DNA of 64,000 nucleotides from Candidatus Bathyarchaeia archaeon (GTDB lineage Archaea; Thermoproteota; Bathyarchaeia; Bathyarchaeales; Bathycorpusculaceae), in assembly GCA_038883715.1 (NCBI GenBank), contig JAVZLS010000005.1, positions 1 through 64,000 on the forward strand, given 5' to 3'. Within the stretch, counting starts at the first letter, position 1; each line of letters begins with the position of its first letter. A model generated the notes under the pieces. It was not told where the DNA came from. It made no database searches and saw nothing but the letters and a program-made list of their open reading frames with translations. The position numbers were made by a program, and so were the translations under genes. Below, one piece after another: positions 16,938-27,041 of this stretch.

Positions 16938-17878
16938 ATTGTCGGGATTTTTGTACCGCGTATTTGTTTCCAAACCAAATATGACTCCACTTTTCTCAAG
17001 TTGATTAATGCCAAAATATTGGATACTGCCTCCAAGAATATTCCGACAAGTATCTTTACATAATCATTAATCCTTTGGAGTTTAAGTTCTTCCACCAAGA
17101 TTTTTGTTGAGTAGCGAGGCTTTTTAAAGGCCATGGCACCTATTGTTGTGGGCACAACGCCGGCTGTTTTTTCAATCTGTTTATGTCCAATTAACACGCG
17201 TTCTCTTTGACTTATGTATTCCAGCGGTGTACATGGACTCCTTATAAAGACTTCTGCTTCTGGAACAAAGACAACTTTCCATCCTTTCTTCCTGAGAGTG
17301 ATTCCTATAAAAGCGTCGTCGTTAATTATATTGGGTGGAATTTTTGCTATTATTCCATTCCTTAATGCCCACATGTCCCCTCCCAAGTGGCTTAAGTTTC
17401 CGTTCAACATCTCCTTTAAAAGCATTCTATTATGCACTCGCCACAAAAAGTTGTAGAAAACACTTAACACCGTTTTTCTTCCGTAGTAAGGGATTGTTTT
17501 AGCACAAGCACCGCCCACATCGTCCTTCATAGCTTCCAACAGTTTTGCAATCGAACCGTTTTTTGGCTCTGTGTCTGCCGAAACTACAACAAGAATTTCA
17601 CCCTTCGCTTTCTCAAAGAAAAGATTTAGCGCTTGCGCTTTTCCTCTCCTCTCCTTTTCACATATAAGCTTTATTCTAGCGTCTTCTTTCGCCATTTTTT
17701 GAACTATTTTGTCAGTTCTGTCAGTTGACCCTGACGAAACCACTATAATTTCGCTTATCCTGAAGGGTTTTGGAACGAATTGCCTACGCAAATTGTTTAG
17801 CAAGTTGCCTATGTTATTTTCTTCATTGTAGGCGCAAATACCAAAACTAACATCCAAGAGGGATACCAGCTTCAACAT
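16934..17878 (-). CDS. Glycosyltransferase family 2
   Basis: AYNEE, GSTDRT, GKAQALN, SADT, INDD, QRER (QxxRW-like). Confidence 0.88.
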   Translation of the reverse strand: MLKLVSLLDVSFGICAYNEENNIGNLLNNLRRQFVPKPFRISEIIVVSSGSTDRTDKIVQKMAKEDARIKLICEKERRGKAQALNLFFEKAKGEILVVVSADTEPKNGSIAKLLEAMKDDVGGACAKTIPYYGRKTVLSVFYNFLWRVHNRMLLKEMLNGNLSHLGGDMWALRNGIIAKIPPNIINDDAFIGITLRKKGWKVVFVPEAEVFIRSPCTPLEYISQRERVLIGHKQIEKTAGVVPTTIGAMAFKKPRYSTKILVEELKLQRINDYVKILVGIFLEAVSNILALINLRKVESYLVWKQIRGTKIPTI

Positions 17879-17949
17879 TGCGCGCTTGATTTGGAAAATT
17901 TATAAGAATTATGTTGAAAACCGAACACCCGTTTCTCTTTCGGACGCTT

Positions 17950-19488
17950 TTAAAAGTAGAGAGCAAGATACTTACTTTCCTTCTCTTTTCTTGATTTCGC
18001 CGTTTTCAATGAAAATACAACAAGCATCGGAACTAAGATAATGCTAATTACTGGCATGAGATAAGTGTCCACCTCACTAACAACCGTCAAAACTAATCCT
18101 TCACCTTTAAAAAGTGTGACTTCATAAGCCAAAGGCTCAAAGACACATGTTTTTGGCATTACTTCTCTGCCGTTCAAGAATATTTTCGTGAACTTATTCG
18201 ATAAGTTCAAATAGATTCTTTCTTCGACTTCCATGTGAAATGTGGGAAGGCTCCATTCACACCGTTCAAATCTTGAAATTTTTGTTAACAACAGCTGGAA
18301 ATTTCTCCTTTCTCTACACGGTTTTAGTGTAAATGTTACATAAAGCCTTGAAACATCAGTACCCTCAAACTTTATTCTAGAATCTTCCAATCTTATTGTT
18401 GGCTTTACATTTTCAACTAACTCCCCATTAACTTGTAGGGGCTGATCAGATATTTTCACAAGTAGGAAGTTGGCGGTTACAATATTGTCTGCTTCTGCTC
18501 CAACACCGTATTCAATGCTGTTCAAAAACTGCGGATGACAAGAAAAGCTTGTGTAGAAGACATCTTTTAGGTTGAACTGGAAGAATGTCCATTCAACGGC
18601 GCTTCCGAGAAGGTACATTTTCATTTTGCCGTCGGCACTGCAAAACATTGAATTTATTGGTTTGTCGTGAAATTTCCAAACAATAGAAAATTCTCCGCCA
18701 CTGTCGGATGAAAAATCCAGTTTTATGTAGGTCCAAGCAGTGTTATCGGATGATTGTTCCAGTTTTAGCATGAGCATAAGCGTTGTGCTCTCATTCACTT
18801 TTAGGGGCTTCTCCAACGTGATTTTATTTGCAAACCATCCGTCCACACCGTCTGTTCCGTTTCCAAAAAATCTCATCTCAATTGTCTTCTGTCCAGTTGT
18901 AGAGTTTTTCAAGGAAAAGTGGCTTAATCCGCCGTTTTTTACGCCAAACATGGATATTTCGCCTATTTGGTAAAAGGAGAAGGGGGAAGTAAACATCGAT
19001 TTAGAAAGGTCTAACGTAACTATGGCTCCTTGCTCCGTGTCGTTGATTACAAAGTATATGAGGGCTCCATCATTGGCAATGCTGTATGGTGTATAATACT
19101 TTGAAACTTCCAGTTGTGGACTTGCTGGTGGAAGCGAAGCGATTTGGACGAACTGTAAAATCGCCGTTGCAGAGGAAATTGCCCATGCCAAAAGTAGCGT
19201 GATGCTTAAAACGTCTACTTTTGAAAGGGTACTCATCTTCAACGAAATTTGGAAGATGTCCCTTGCCAGTCGGTAAATCAGCCAAGCAATTGTAAGGGCT
19301 ACGAATGCATCCCACACCATACGGGAAAATGCGGATAAATAGCCAAACCCCAAAATCTCAAAGAATCTTAGTAGCTCAATTTTTGCCAGTAGTCCCGCAA
19401 CGATTTCAACAACTTTTACCAGCAGTATCCAAACAATAACAACGTAGTGCACCCTCTTATCCTTTAGAATGTTAAGTAGTTTTCCCAT
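17950..19488 (-). CDS. Membrane protein with large extracytoplasmic beta domain
   Basis: 3 N-terminal TMs, beta-rich domain with NxS/T sites, C-terminal TM plus basic tail; in operon with GT-C genes. Confidence 0.75.
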   Translation of the reverse strand: MGKLLNILKDKRVHYVVIVWILLVKVVEIVAGLLAKIELLRFFEILGFGYLSAFSRMVWDAFVALTIAWLIYRLARDIFQISLKMSTLSKVDVLSITLLLAWAISSATAILQFVQIASLPPASPQLEVSKYYTPYSIANDGALIYFVINDTEQGAIVTLDLSKSMFTSPFSFYQIGEISMFGVKNGGLSHFSLKNSTTGQKTIEMRFFGNGTDGVDGWFANKITLEKPLKVNESTTLMLMLKLEQSSDNTAWTYIKLDFSSDSGGEFSIVWKFHDKPINSMFCSADGKMKMYLLGSAVEWTFFQFNLKDVFYTSFSCHPQFLNSIEYGVGAEADNIVTANFLLVKISDQPLQVNGELVENVKPTIRLEDSRIKFEGTDVSRLYVTFTLKPCRERRNFQLLLTKISRFERCEWSLPTFHMEVEERIYLNLSNKFTKIFLNGREVMPKTCVFEPLAYEVTLFKGEGLVLTVVSEVDTYLMPVISIILVPMLVVFSLKTAKSRKEKESKYLALYF

Positions 19489-20812
19489 GATTTCGCATCA
19501 TCCCATAAAGAATTTTCACCAAAAATAGGTCGAATATTACTGCCAAAATGAAGCGTGCAGAGTTTCTAACAATTGAGTAGGGTTTTGTGAATGCCCAGTA
19601 GCTGAAGGTATACCATAAGTCCGGATTTATTAAATAGGCGAATGCAAATGGATACAAATTGATAAAGATGAAGATTAAAGTTAAAACCCAAACATGCCAC
19701 CAACCCGCCATTTTCCTAGGCTGCGAGTTTCCCGCTTGGACAACTATTAAAGGTGCTAGATAAAGGGTAAATTGTTCCGGAATAAAGGTTCTTGTCAATA
19801 AGAAGCTAATTTTTGTAAAGAGGTATCCATTCAAAAGCAGGCTTAAATCATGAAACCCGGAAGAAGATTTTTGAAGCTTGTGGTACATAAGGTAACCCAC
19901 CATAAGTCCTAAGACCCAAAAATACCTCACCAGCGGGAAGGAGAAAACCTCGTGTAGCGTCTCGTTTGAAAAATTCTTAGGAAACAATTCGTTTAGAAGT
20001 GCACTTAAGTTCCAATAGGTTAAAACCTCGCCAGTTCTTTGTGTTTGACTAAAGATTGTTATGGCGGCTTTTGAGGTTTCCCAGCCAAAAATGATCAGCG
20101 GAACAATTGTCAAAACAAAAGGGACAGCCAACGCGATTAAAAAGTGGGTTAAAGAAGCTTTAACGCCTTTCTTACTGTTTAGGTAAAGCATGTGGATTGG
20201 AAGATAAATTATTGGAATAACTTTCATGTAGATTCCCATTCCAAGGCAAAATCCACCCCAAAGTGGCTTGTTTGACAAGAGTAGCATTGCTGACATTAAC
20301 GTAAAAGCTAGAGGTATGGAATCAAACATGCCCCAAACCGAGCTTATAAGTATAACGAAGGGACAGAGAAAGAAGGCTAATGAGGCAGCCTTCGCCTTTT
20401 TGACGTCGCCAAAAATGGTGAGGGTTAACGAGTAAATTAGGTGTGCTGAAGCCAAATCCCCAAGGATTGGAGCCAGTTTTAACATGAAATAGTAGAGGAA
20501 TGGAGATCGGGGAAGAATGCTATAAATCTTGTACACGAGGGCTGTGTATAGTCCCCACGCTGGTAGATATCCGAGACCTGTCACCTGCGGAAATATTGGC
20601 TGCCCCAAACCTTCGTTATAGTAGCTTTCCGCTGGGAAAGTGCCGAAAAGACTTGAGCCTTTAGCCACGTAATATCCCACACGAATAAAAACCTCAAAAT
20701 CCCAGGGATGCCCAGTCCAAAAGCAGAGGGCTAACCTAACGATTATTCCTAGGGTGATGAGCATCCAAAACTTTTTAAGATGTCTGCGCAACCTTTGCAA
20801 CTTTTCCTTCAT
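19472..20812 (-). CDS. GT-C fold glycosyltransferase (GT87/DUF2029/PIG-M-like)
   Basis: HPWD first loop, GYLP, LKLAPILGD, SSVWGMFD, K.IP; more than 10 TMs. Confidence 0.8.
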   Translation of the reverse strand: MKEKLQRLRRHLKKFWMLITLGIIVRLALCFWTGHPWDFEVFIRVGYYVAKGSSLFGTFPAESYYNEGLGQPIFPQVTGLGYLPAWGLYTALVYKIYSILPRSPFLYYFMLKLAPILGDLASAHLIYSLTLTIFGDVKKAKAASLAFFLCPFVILISSVWGMFDSIPLAFTLMSAMLLLSNKPLWGGFCLGMGIYMKVIPIIYLPIHMLYLNSKKGVKASLTHFLIALAVPFVLTIVPLIIFGWETSKAAITIFSQTQRTGEVLTYWNLSALLNELFPKNFSNETLHEVFSFPLVRYFWVLGLMVGYLMYHKLQKSSSGFHDLSLLLNGYLFTKISFLLTRTFIPEQFTLYLAPLIVVQAGNSQPRKMAGWWHVWVLTLIFIFINLYPFAFAYLINPDLWYTFSYWAFTKPYSIVRNSARFILAVIFDLFLVKILYGMMRNHGKTT

Positions 20813-22172
20813 CCCTTTTAAGGGTGAAAATTATGCCCAGCAAATACACAATTGCGATTGTTAGTCCGAAGAGGATAAGCCATGGCAAGTATCCTGGATA
20901 ACCTGGAACAAAGTATGGAGAGATGAAGTAGGAAAGATCTCCGTAGTGGGTGTAAATGAAAAGCATCGTGGTTAGGCTTATCGTCCAATAGATAAACACA
21001 ATTCTAGAGTCGCCTTTTATGGTTGCTAGAACTAGGAGGAAGGGTAGAATCCATATCAGATATTGTTCGTTGACGACTGTGTATGTTAGGTATATTGCAA
21101 AATGGGCCACTGTAATGTAGGAGAAAAAATCCACAGAATCCATGTTTTTCTTTCGGCTTATTCCATAAAGTAGAAGGGTTACCGCTATGCCGATTAATAT
21201 TGGCGAGATGGGAATATTTGTTTTGATATTAAAGTGCTTGAACAAGCCTTCCATCATGTTGAAGGGTGTTAGTCCGAAAAAAATATTGGAGCCATACCAG
21301 TCTGGTGATGCCCTCCCCTTTAAGAGCAGCCAAACCATCGTGGTGGAGGTGCTAAAGGGCTCTTGGCCGAAAATTAGGGCGAAGCAAAAGTAAGCTAGAA
21401 ACATGATTAAAATTGTTAAGCCAACTGTCACCACAAGATATTTTATCGCCGCAACCGGTTTCCGATATTTCTTGTAATGCATTAGAGCGAGTATTGGCGC
21501 GAATATTATCGGATACATTTTTAGTAGTGCGGCTATGGATAGAGATATGGCTGATTTGTTAGGCTTTTCTTCTAAAAGGAACCATGTGGCTAGTAATGTG
21601 AAGAGAGTTGGTAGTGTGTCAAACATTCCCCAAACAGCTGAAACAAATATTACATAGGGATTTAGAATCCACATGTAGGCGTACTTGCGGGCTTTCTCTT
21701 CCCCGGAAAATCTCCCAATTATCTTGAGCAGCAGTAGGGCTATGACTAAGTCTGACATGATTAGAGGCGTTTTAATCAGCATATCTAGTAGTGGCAAGTT
21801 TTCTGGTTTGAAGGAGTGGTAGGCTTCACATGGATTCTTTAAAGTGTACATGTCCCGCCAAAGTTCATCGACGTTCGATGGGAAAGTTGGATGAGAAACT
21901 GCGGCATAAATTGGATAAATTGTGAGTAGGCAAAGCAGCCAGAGGGGCGGATAGCTCCAGAAGAAAACTGTGGCGTTTTTGTCTATCCACTCCGGCGGGC
22001 TTAGCGGATTAACACCGTACTGATAGGCTAATGCTTGACTCACTCTCCATATATACATGTCGTATCGGTGTTCTGTTAAGGGGGCTAAAGCGAAACGAAT
22101 TAAAACTGCAATGGTTAGTATGATGGCTGTTTTTGATTTTAGGAATCTTTTAACCAAACTTTTAAGGTTCAA
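20775..22172 (-). CDS. GT-C fold glycosyltransferase (GT87/DUF2029/PIG-M-like), paralogue
   Basis: HRYD, YPPLW, KTPLIMSD, LNP..SAVWGMFD, KMYP, EQYLIW. Confidence 0.82.
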   Translation of the reverse strand: MNLKSLVKRFLKSKTAIILTIAVLIRFALAPLTEHRYDMYIWRVSQALAYQYGVNPLSPPEWIDKNATVFFWSYPPLWLLCLLTIYPIYAAVSHPTFPSNVDELWRDMYTLKNPCEAYHSFKPENLPLLDMLIKTPLIMSDLVIALLLLKIIGRFSGEEKARKYAYMWILNPYVIFVSAVWGMFDTLPTLFTLLATWFLLEEKPNKSAISLSIAALLKMYPIIFAPILALMHYKKYRKPVAAIKYLVVTVGLTILIMFLAYFCFALIFGQEPFSTSTTMVWLLLKGRASPDWYGSNIFFGLTPFNMMEGLFKHFNIKTNIPISPILIGIAVTLLLYGISRKKNMDSVDFFSYITVAHFAIYLTYTVVNEQYLIWILPFLLVLATIKGDSRIVFIYWTISLTTMLFIYTHYGDLSYFISPYFVPGYPGYLPWLILFGLTIAIVYLLGIIFTLKRDEGKVAKVAQTS

Positions 22173-22245
22173 AGTTTATGCACTTGTTCGGTTTTTGAGA
22201 TTCAATTTTTATTTGCCAAGAGCTACCCCTTTATATGATTAATGT

Positions 22246-23415
22246 ATGAAATTGAATATTGCCTACCTACTGCTTCATGACCAAAAATTTAGCGGCTGGA
22301 GCCTAGAAGACTTTGTTTTTCAGCGCTACCATTTCGCTAAAGATTATGCCGAAAGAGTGGGCAAAAAGGGCAACAGCGTCGTTCTTTTTACCTTTCATCA
22401 AGATTTGGGAAGGGTTAAAGAGTTTTGTTTGGACGGTTATGTGCTTAAGGTTTTTCCGGTTAAGTTTAGGTTTCCACCACTGGTTCCAATAGGCAATTCT
22501 CACAACTTTGAAGTTATAAAGGAGCTTGTGGAGGGCGATTTTGACATTGTTCATTTTCACAACTACTATCTTTGGTCTTTTGCACTCATGTTTTTTGCAA
22601 AGCGCCGTCACCGCGGATGGAGGCTTGTAGCCCAGTATCATGGGGAGCCTGAGCTTCAAATCCTTGGAAAATTTGTTCACAGACCCTTTTTTGATGTTGT
22701 TGACAAGTTTCTCGTGGCGTTAGATGAGGAGATTTACTGGTTGAAGAGGCTGCGCATCGACGATGGTAAAATTTTAAAGTTTCCAAATGTTGGGGTTGAT
22801 ACCTCTCGGTTCCGTAGGGTCGGCGAGAAGGAAAGGGTTCCGCACTTTATTTATGCTGGAAGAATGACTCTTAGGCCTAGAACTTTGAAGGAGCAGAGTC
22901 CATGGCTTATCTTGGAAATTGTTCAGCGGTTTAAGAAAAAGTTTGGGGGTGACTTTAAAGTTCTGATGGTTGGAGATGGACCAGGGCTTAATGCGCTGAA
23001 AAGTTTTTCTAAAAGTTTGGGTTTAGAAGGAAATGTTGAGTTTCTCGGTTTTGTTCCTCACTGTTTGTTGCCAGCTCTTTATTCAAAATGCATCTCGGCA
23101 TTCTCTCCCACATCTATGTTAGATTTAAACCCTTTTTGGGGTGGCGCCTTAAAAGAGGCTTTGGCATGCGAAACAGCTGTTGCAGGGTTTAACGCTTATA
23201 TTAAGAGTTATTGGGAGGCGAGGAGGCGTTTCGGCTTGCTTCTGCCAACAGACGTAGATAAGGCGGCGGAATTTTTATGTTTGGCTGTGAGGGATTGGGA
23301 TTTTTTAGTTGAAGCTGGTTTGCGTGGTAGAAGATTTATAGAAATGTTTTGTTCTTGGGAAAAAGTTATTGAAAGGCTCCTAAAAGTTTATAGAGAATTG
23401 TTGTTGGAGGCTTAA
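22246..23415 (+). CDS. Glycosyltransferase family 4
   Basis: DIVHFH, NVGVDT, YAGR, VGDGP, FLGFVP, EALAC. Confidence 0.88.
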   Translation: MKLNIAYLLLHDQKFSGWSLEDFVFQRYHFAKDYAERVGKKGNSVVLFTFHQDLGRVKEFCLDGYVLKVFPVKFRFPPLVPIGNSHNFEVIKELVEGDFDIVHFHNYYLWSFALMFFAKRRHRGWRLVAQYHGEPELQILGKFVHRPFFDVVDKFLVALDEEIYWLKRLRIDDGKILKFPNVGVDTSRFRRVGEKERVPHFIYAGRMTLRPRTLKEQSPWLILEIVQRFKKKFGGDFKVLMVGDGPGLNALKSFSKSLGLEGNVEFLGFVPHCLLPALYSKCISAFSPTSMLDLNPFWGGALKEALACETAVAGFNAYIKSYWEARRRFGLLLPTDVDKAAEFLCLAVRDWDFLVEAGLRGRRFIEMFCSWEKVIERLLKVYRELLLEA

Positions 23416-23454
23416 AACGGAACTTCAAAACTTGTTTTGCCAATGTTTACGAGA

Positions 23455-23496
23455 TTTTCGGAGAAAATAGGGGTAAAGAAAAGGGGGATATGTACG
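23455..23496 (-). terminator. Pyrimidine/T-rich terminator after the S-layer gene
   Basis: CCCCCTTTTCTTTACCCCTATTTTCT on the coding strand just after the stop. Confidence 0.4.
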
Positions 23497-26400
23497 TTAT
23501 GGGTCTGAGTGGATTCCGCCTTTAACCAGTTCCACTGTTGTTTCGCTTATTGTCCCAAGAACCTCTGGTATTGTCCATGTTGGGTGTTCTGGATCCGTGT
23601 AGTCTATCTCTACTATTATTGATGTTGCGCACAGTGGGAACCTTTGCAGTTCATAGATAATCTCTTCGTGGAAGAACTTTGAAGCGTAGAAGGTGTCTCT
23701 TGCGCTGATTCCCCAGACTAGGAAGCCAACTGTTCCGTTTATATCCTTGTATGTGGAGATGACCGCGTAGCCGACGGTTGCGTTGCTGCTGTATGTATCT
23801 TTGCTCCAGCATGATAGTGCAATTATTTTGTTAACCCATGGCGCATATGGTGTGAAGGGCGCTTCAGCAGTGTTGAGGCCGTAGAAGGCGTCTGTGAAAT
23901 CGTTAAAGTATTCCGCTATGTGGTTTGCCAGTGGACCTCCAACCCCAATTATGTTAGAGCTGGCTATTGGCCATGTGTGGCACCAGTCGTCTCTTAAGGC
24001 TATTCTGTAGATGCTGTCCTTGTAGTTGGGCGGCCATCCTGTTCCTGTTCCGCTAAACTTGTGTAGGAGGTATGGTATGCTTGTTAGGGCGTATTCCTGG
24101 AACATCATGTCGAAGCCTGCATTTCCAATTTCAATTTGTTTATTCTTGAAGGCTGCTGAAACCAGTGATGCGCCTATGGAGTCTGCTGAGTGGGCGTCTC
24201 TTCCGACGGTTACCCATTCGTAGCGTCCTCCGACATATTCTATGTATAGCGGCAGTTGGTCTTCTCCCACCATACCGGGATCTTCAACAGTTACTGTTAT
24301 GGTTGCGTTACAGTGGGTTCCGTTTGTTGTGGCTGTTACAGTTATGTGCACTGTTGGCTTGAAGAAGAACACGTGGAGATCCTTCAGCGGAGGTGCTGTG
24401 ATATCGTAAACTATGGCGTCGAGGGTTGCATTTATCCATAAGCCTGTTGGTGCTGTTCGGTTTGCAAATTCATGCTGGTAGTTTAATCCTACAAGGTAAG
24501 CGGTTTGATTTTTAAACACTTTAAAGTTCACATATGGACCCGTTAGTATTTCCACGTCAAGCATTCCACTTTCAGCCTCCTCGGTTTCGTTTGCCACCTT
24601 TACTGTCAAGTCTTTAATGAGGAAGCTCCATTGAGCGCCTAAACCGTCTGGTCCGATAACCTCGCTTATGTCCTCTTCATCCAACAATGTTATTGGGTCT
24701 GCTCCTAGAGGTTCGTTTGTGAAAGTTCCTCTGTACAAAACAACTTGTGCTGGACCAAACCACCAAGTCTGGGTGGAATAGAGTATTTTGATTTCCGTTC
24801 CCGCTGGCGGAACTTTGCTGGCTGGTATGTGTATTACGCCTGTTCCATCCTCGTCCACGTATAGTTCGTAGTGGTATGTTGTGGCTACTGCACGCAGTGG
24901 AATCTTGAGGGCTCCTCCCCACAGGACCCTTTCACTGAAGCTACAGTATTCTTCCCATGGCGTCGCCTTTAACACCGGCTTATGCTCCAATGTTATGTTT
25001 AAATCTTTACCTATATCCCCAGTTTTTACTGTGTAGAATTGGACCCAGCGTTCAGTATACTTTTCAACAGCATCCACTAGACTCCACGGATTAAAAACTT
25101 CGTCTAGCTGGTATTTTACTTCAATGTCAAGTGCCGCCGTTGGATGGCCTGTCATTTGTGGGTCTTTTGCGTCGTGATAGTCTGTTAAGCCTACCACTTC
25201 GACCCCTCTGAACTGAGCTGGGTAACCTTTTCCTAGCATGAAGTCCCATTCGCCAACAACGAAGGGTATGTCTGGCTCGCTTGTTGCAGGCACCATGTCC
25301 GCATCATTAACCCATATTAGCGGTTGAAGCGATTTGTCCCATGCATCAACGCTGTAGTCAGAAAGCGTAGGCCAGAAAGCCTTCCAACCAACATATTTTA
25401 GGTCACTGCTAATTATTTGGGCAACATCGTAATAGTGGGGAACACCTGTTAAACTGGCTCCCTCCTCATATTTCCATAACTTGTACACAACTGTAACCCA
25501 GTCTGTTGCGCCTATTGGTATGTGCCAAGTGATATTGCCATTATTATAGTTTATATCATAGTGAGTTCCTTCCTCTTTAAAGACACCGTTTACATAAACT
25601 CTCACTGAACCAGCAACAATAGGCGGACCGTATCCATCCTTCCACTCTGGTACATCCCTCAAGTTATAGCCTTCTTCTATCCATTCTCGCATTATGCCGG
25701 GTGCAAGATGCCATTCAGGGCCATAGCATGTTGTAAGCTCTTGGTGGAAGAAGTGGGCGTAGCTTCCATAATTTGGCGGCGGACCAAGGTCCCACTCCTC
25801 CCTGTTGCTAAACTGTATGTCAAGTGGAGATTCAAGCTCTTTTCCAGTAATCACTTGTTTAATATCCTTGAAGATTATAACCTGCTTCTTAACCTTCTCA
25901 AAAATGAAGGTTAATATAACATCAACAATCGGCCATGTTTCATCTGGGTGATCGACAACTCCGTCCTGGTCGCTGTCAAACCAGTCGTAGATATGGGTCA
26001 CTGAAAGGGCTACATAACGCCTAGGTCCATTATACAGCACCGTTAACGGCTCTGTGTAGGCATAACCCGTTGTCTTCCTCCCGCCGTGAGGCGCCAAATG
26101 GAACGGGTATGGATGACCAACCAGCCAGTCTCCTCCGTAGGCGGCCATGTCAGCGAACATTGCCATTGCAAGAACCCGCCGGTCTCTATAAGTTCTGTGG
26201 GTGTATCTTATTTCAATGAGCCAACCATTCAGCCAGAGCTTAGGGTCAATGTACTCGTTGGCAAAGGGGTCCCTAGACGTCCCAGCCTTCTGATCGTATG
26301 TTCCAACACTGTCATAGCCTGGATATTGTAGGCCGACGCCCACACCTGTTGTAACCGGGTAATTTATCATCTCGCCGAACTTTGAAAGTCCAAAGTCTAT

Positions 26401-26583
26401 GCTTTTTGTTGTAAACGGATAAAGCGAATAATAGTCGCTTGTTAAAACACCATTAACTTTGGTGTACCAGCTTGTTGGGTCTGCTGCTGTTACTGTGGTG
26501 AAAAGCATCGGTGTAAAGGCTGCTGTTGCAATTATTATTGTTGCTAGTAATGCAAATAGCTTTTTCCTTTTTTCCATTTTCAT
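23497..26583 (-). CDS. Probable S-layer (surface) glycoprotein
   Basis: Sec signal peptide, 1028 aa, Thr/Tyr/Val rich with NxS/T sites, C-terminal S-layer-like IIGVGGPLAN motif, beside glycosylation genes. Confidence 0.72.
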   Translation of the reverse strand: MKMEKRKKLFALLATIIIATAAFTPMLFTTVTAADPTSWYTKVNGVLTSDYYSLYPFTTKSIDFGLSKFGEMINYPVTTGVGVGLQYPGYDSVGTYDQKAGTSRDPFANEYIDPKLWLNGWLIEIRYTHRTYRDRRVLAMAMFADMAAYGGDWLVGHPYPFHLAPHGGRKTTGYAYTEPLTVLYNGPRRYVALSVTHIYDWFDSDQDGVVDHPDETWPIVDVILTFIFEKVKKQVIIFKDIKQVITGKELESPLDIQFSNREEWDLGPPPNYGSYAHFFHQELTTCYGPEWHLAPGIMREWIEEGYNLRDVPEWKDGYGPPIVAGSVRVYVNGVFKEEGTHYDINYNNGNITWHIPIGATDWVTVVYKLWKYEEGASLTGVPHYYDVAQIISSDLKYVGWKAFWPTLSDYSVDAWDKSLQPLIWVNDADMVPATSEPDIPFVVGEWDFMLGKGYPAQFRGVEVVGLTDYHDAKDPQMTGHPTAALDIEVKYQLDEVFNPWSLVDAVEKYTERWVQFYTVKTGDIGKDLNITLEHKPVLKATPWEEYCSFSERVLWGGALKIPLRAVATTYHYELYVDEDGTGVIHIPASKVPPAGTEIKILYSTQTWWFGPAQVVLYRGTFTNEPLGADPITLLDEEDISEVIGPDGLGAQWSFLIKDLTVKVANETEEAESGMLDVEILTGPYVNFKVFKNQTAYLVGLNYQHEFANRTAPTGLWINATLDAIVYDITAPPLKDLHVFFFKPTVHITVTATTNGTHCNATITVTVEDPGMVGEDQLPLYIEYVGGRYEWVTVGRDAHSADSIGASLVSAAFKNKQIEIGNAGFDMMFQEYALTSIPYLLHKFSGTGTGWPPNYKDSIYRIALRDDWCHTWPIASSNIIGVGGPLANHIAEYFNDFTDAFYGLNTAEAPFTPYAPWVNKIIALSCWSKDTYSSNATVGYAVISTYKDINGTVGFLVWGISARDTFYASKFFHEEIIYELQRFPLCATSIIVEIDYTDPEHPTWTIPEVLGTISETTVELVKGGIHSDP

Positions 26584-26618
26584 TCCTCTTTTGGGTCACG
26601 TATGGAAAGGTGGACACG

Positions 26619-26629
26619 TTTATTAAAAA
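26619..26629 (-). promoter_or_regulatory. TATA box of the S-layer gene
   Basis: TTTTTAATAAA preceded by an A-rich BRE, about 36 nt upstream of the ATG; GAGG RBS. Confidence 0.5.
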
Positions 26630-26709
26630 TTTTTTAGAGGTTCTGACTCAGAATTAGAATAAAAACCAAGAAAAACATCAGAACAAAAATTTAATTCAAT
26701 ATTCTTGTT

Positions 26710-26937
26710 TCATTTTCTAAAAAATTTCAAATGTTTAGGCACTTCGCCCTTTTCACCAACAGCAAAAACTTCAAAAAGCTCGAAGCTCGCCCCACAACCC
26801 TTACATTGGACATAGGCGTGGTTGCGCCTTATCCCAAGCCAAAAACCTTCCCTAGAATTGCATTTTGGACACATATTGAACTTACTTGCCACAGCCAAGA
26901 TTTCATCTAACCTCAAAGCTTCTCCAATCTCCAACAA
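26710..26937 (-). CDS. Small zinc-ribbon protein
   Basis: CPKC...CKGC. Confidence 0.7.
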   Translation of the reverse strand: MLEIGEALRLDEILAVASKFNMCPKCNSREGFWLGIRRNHAYVQCKGCGASFELFEVFAVGEKGEVPKHLKFFRK

Positions 26938-27041
26938 TATATTATGCGCCTTGAAATTTATGAGTTACTATTAGAACGGGAATATTCCCCTCGCCAACAA
27001 AGTTTATTAGATGAAACGGTTCTTCAAAAGGCTGTTCAGAA

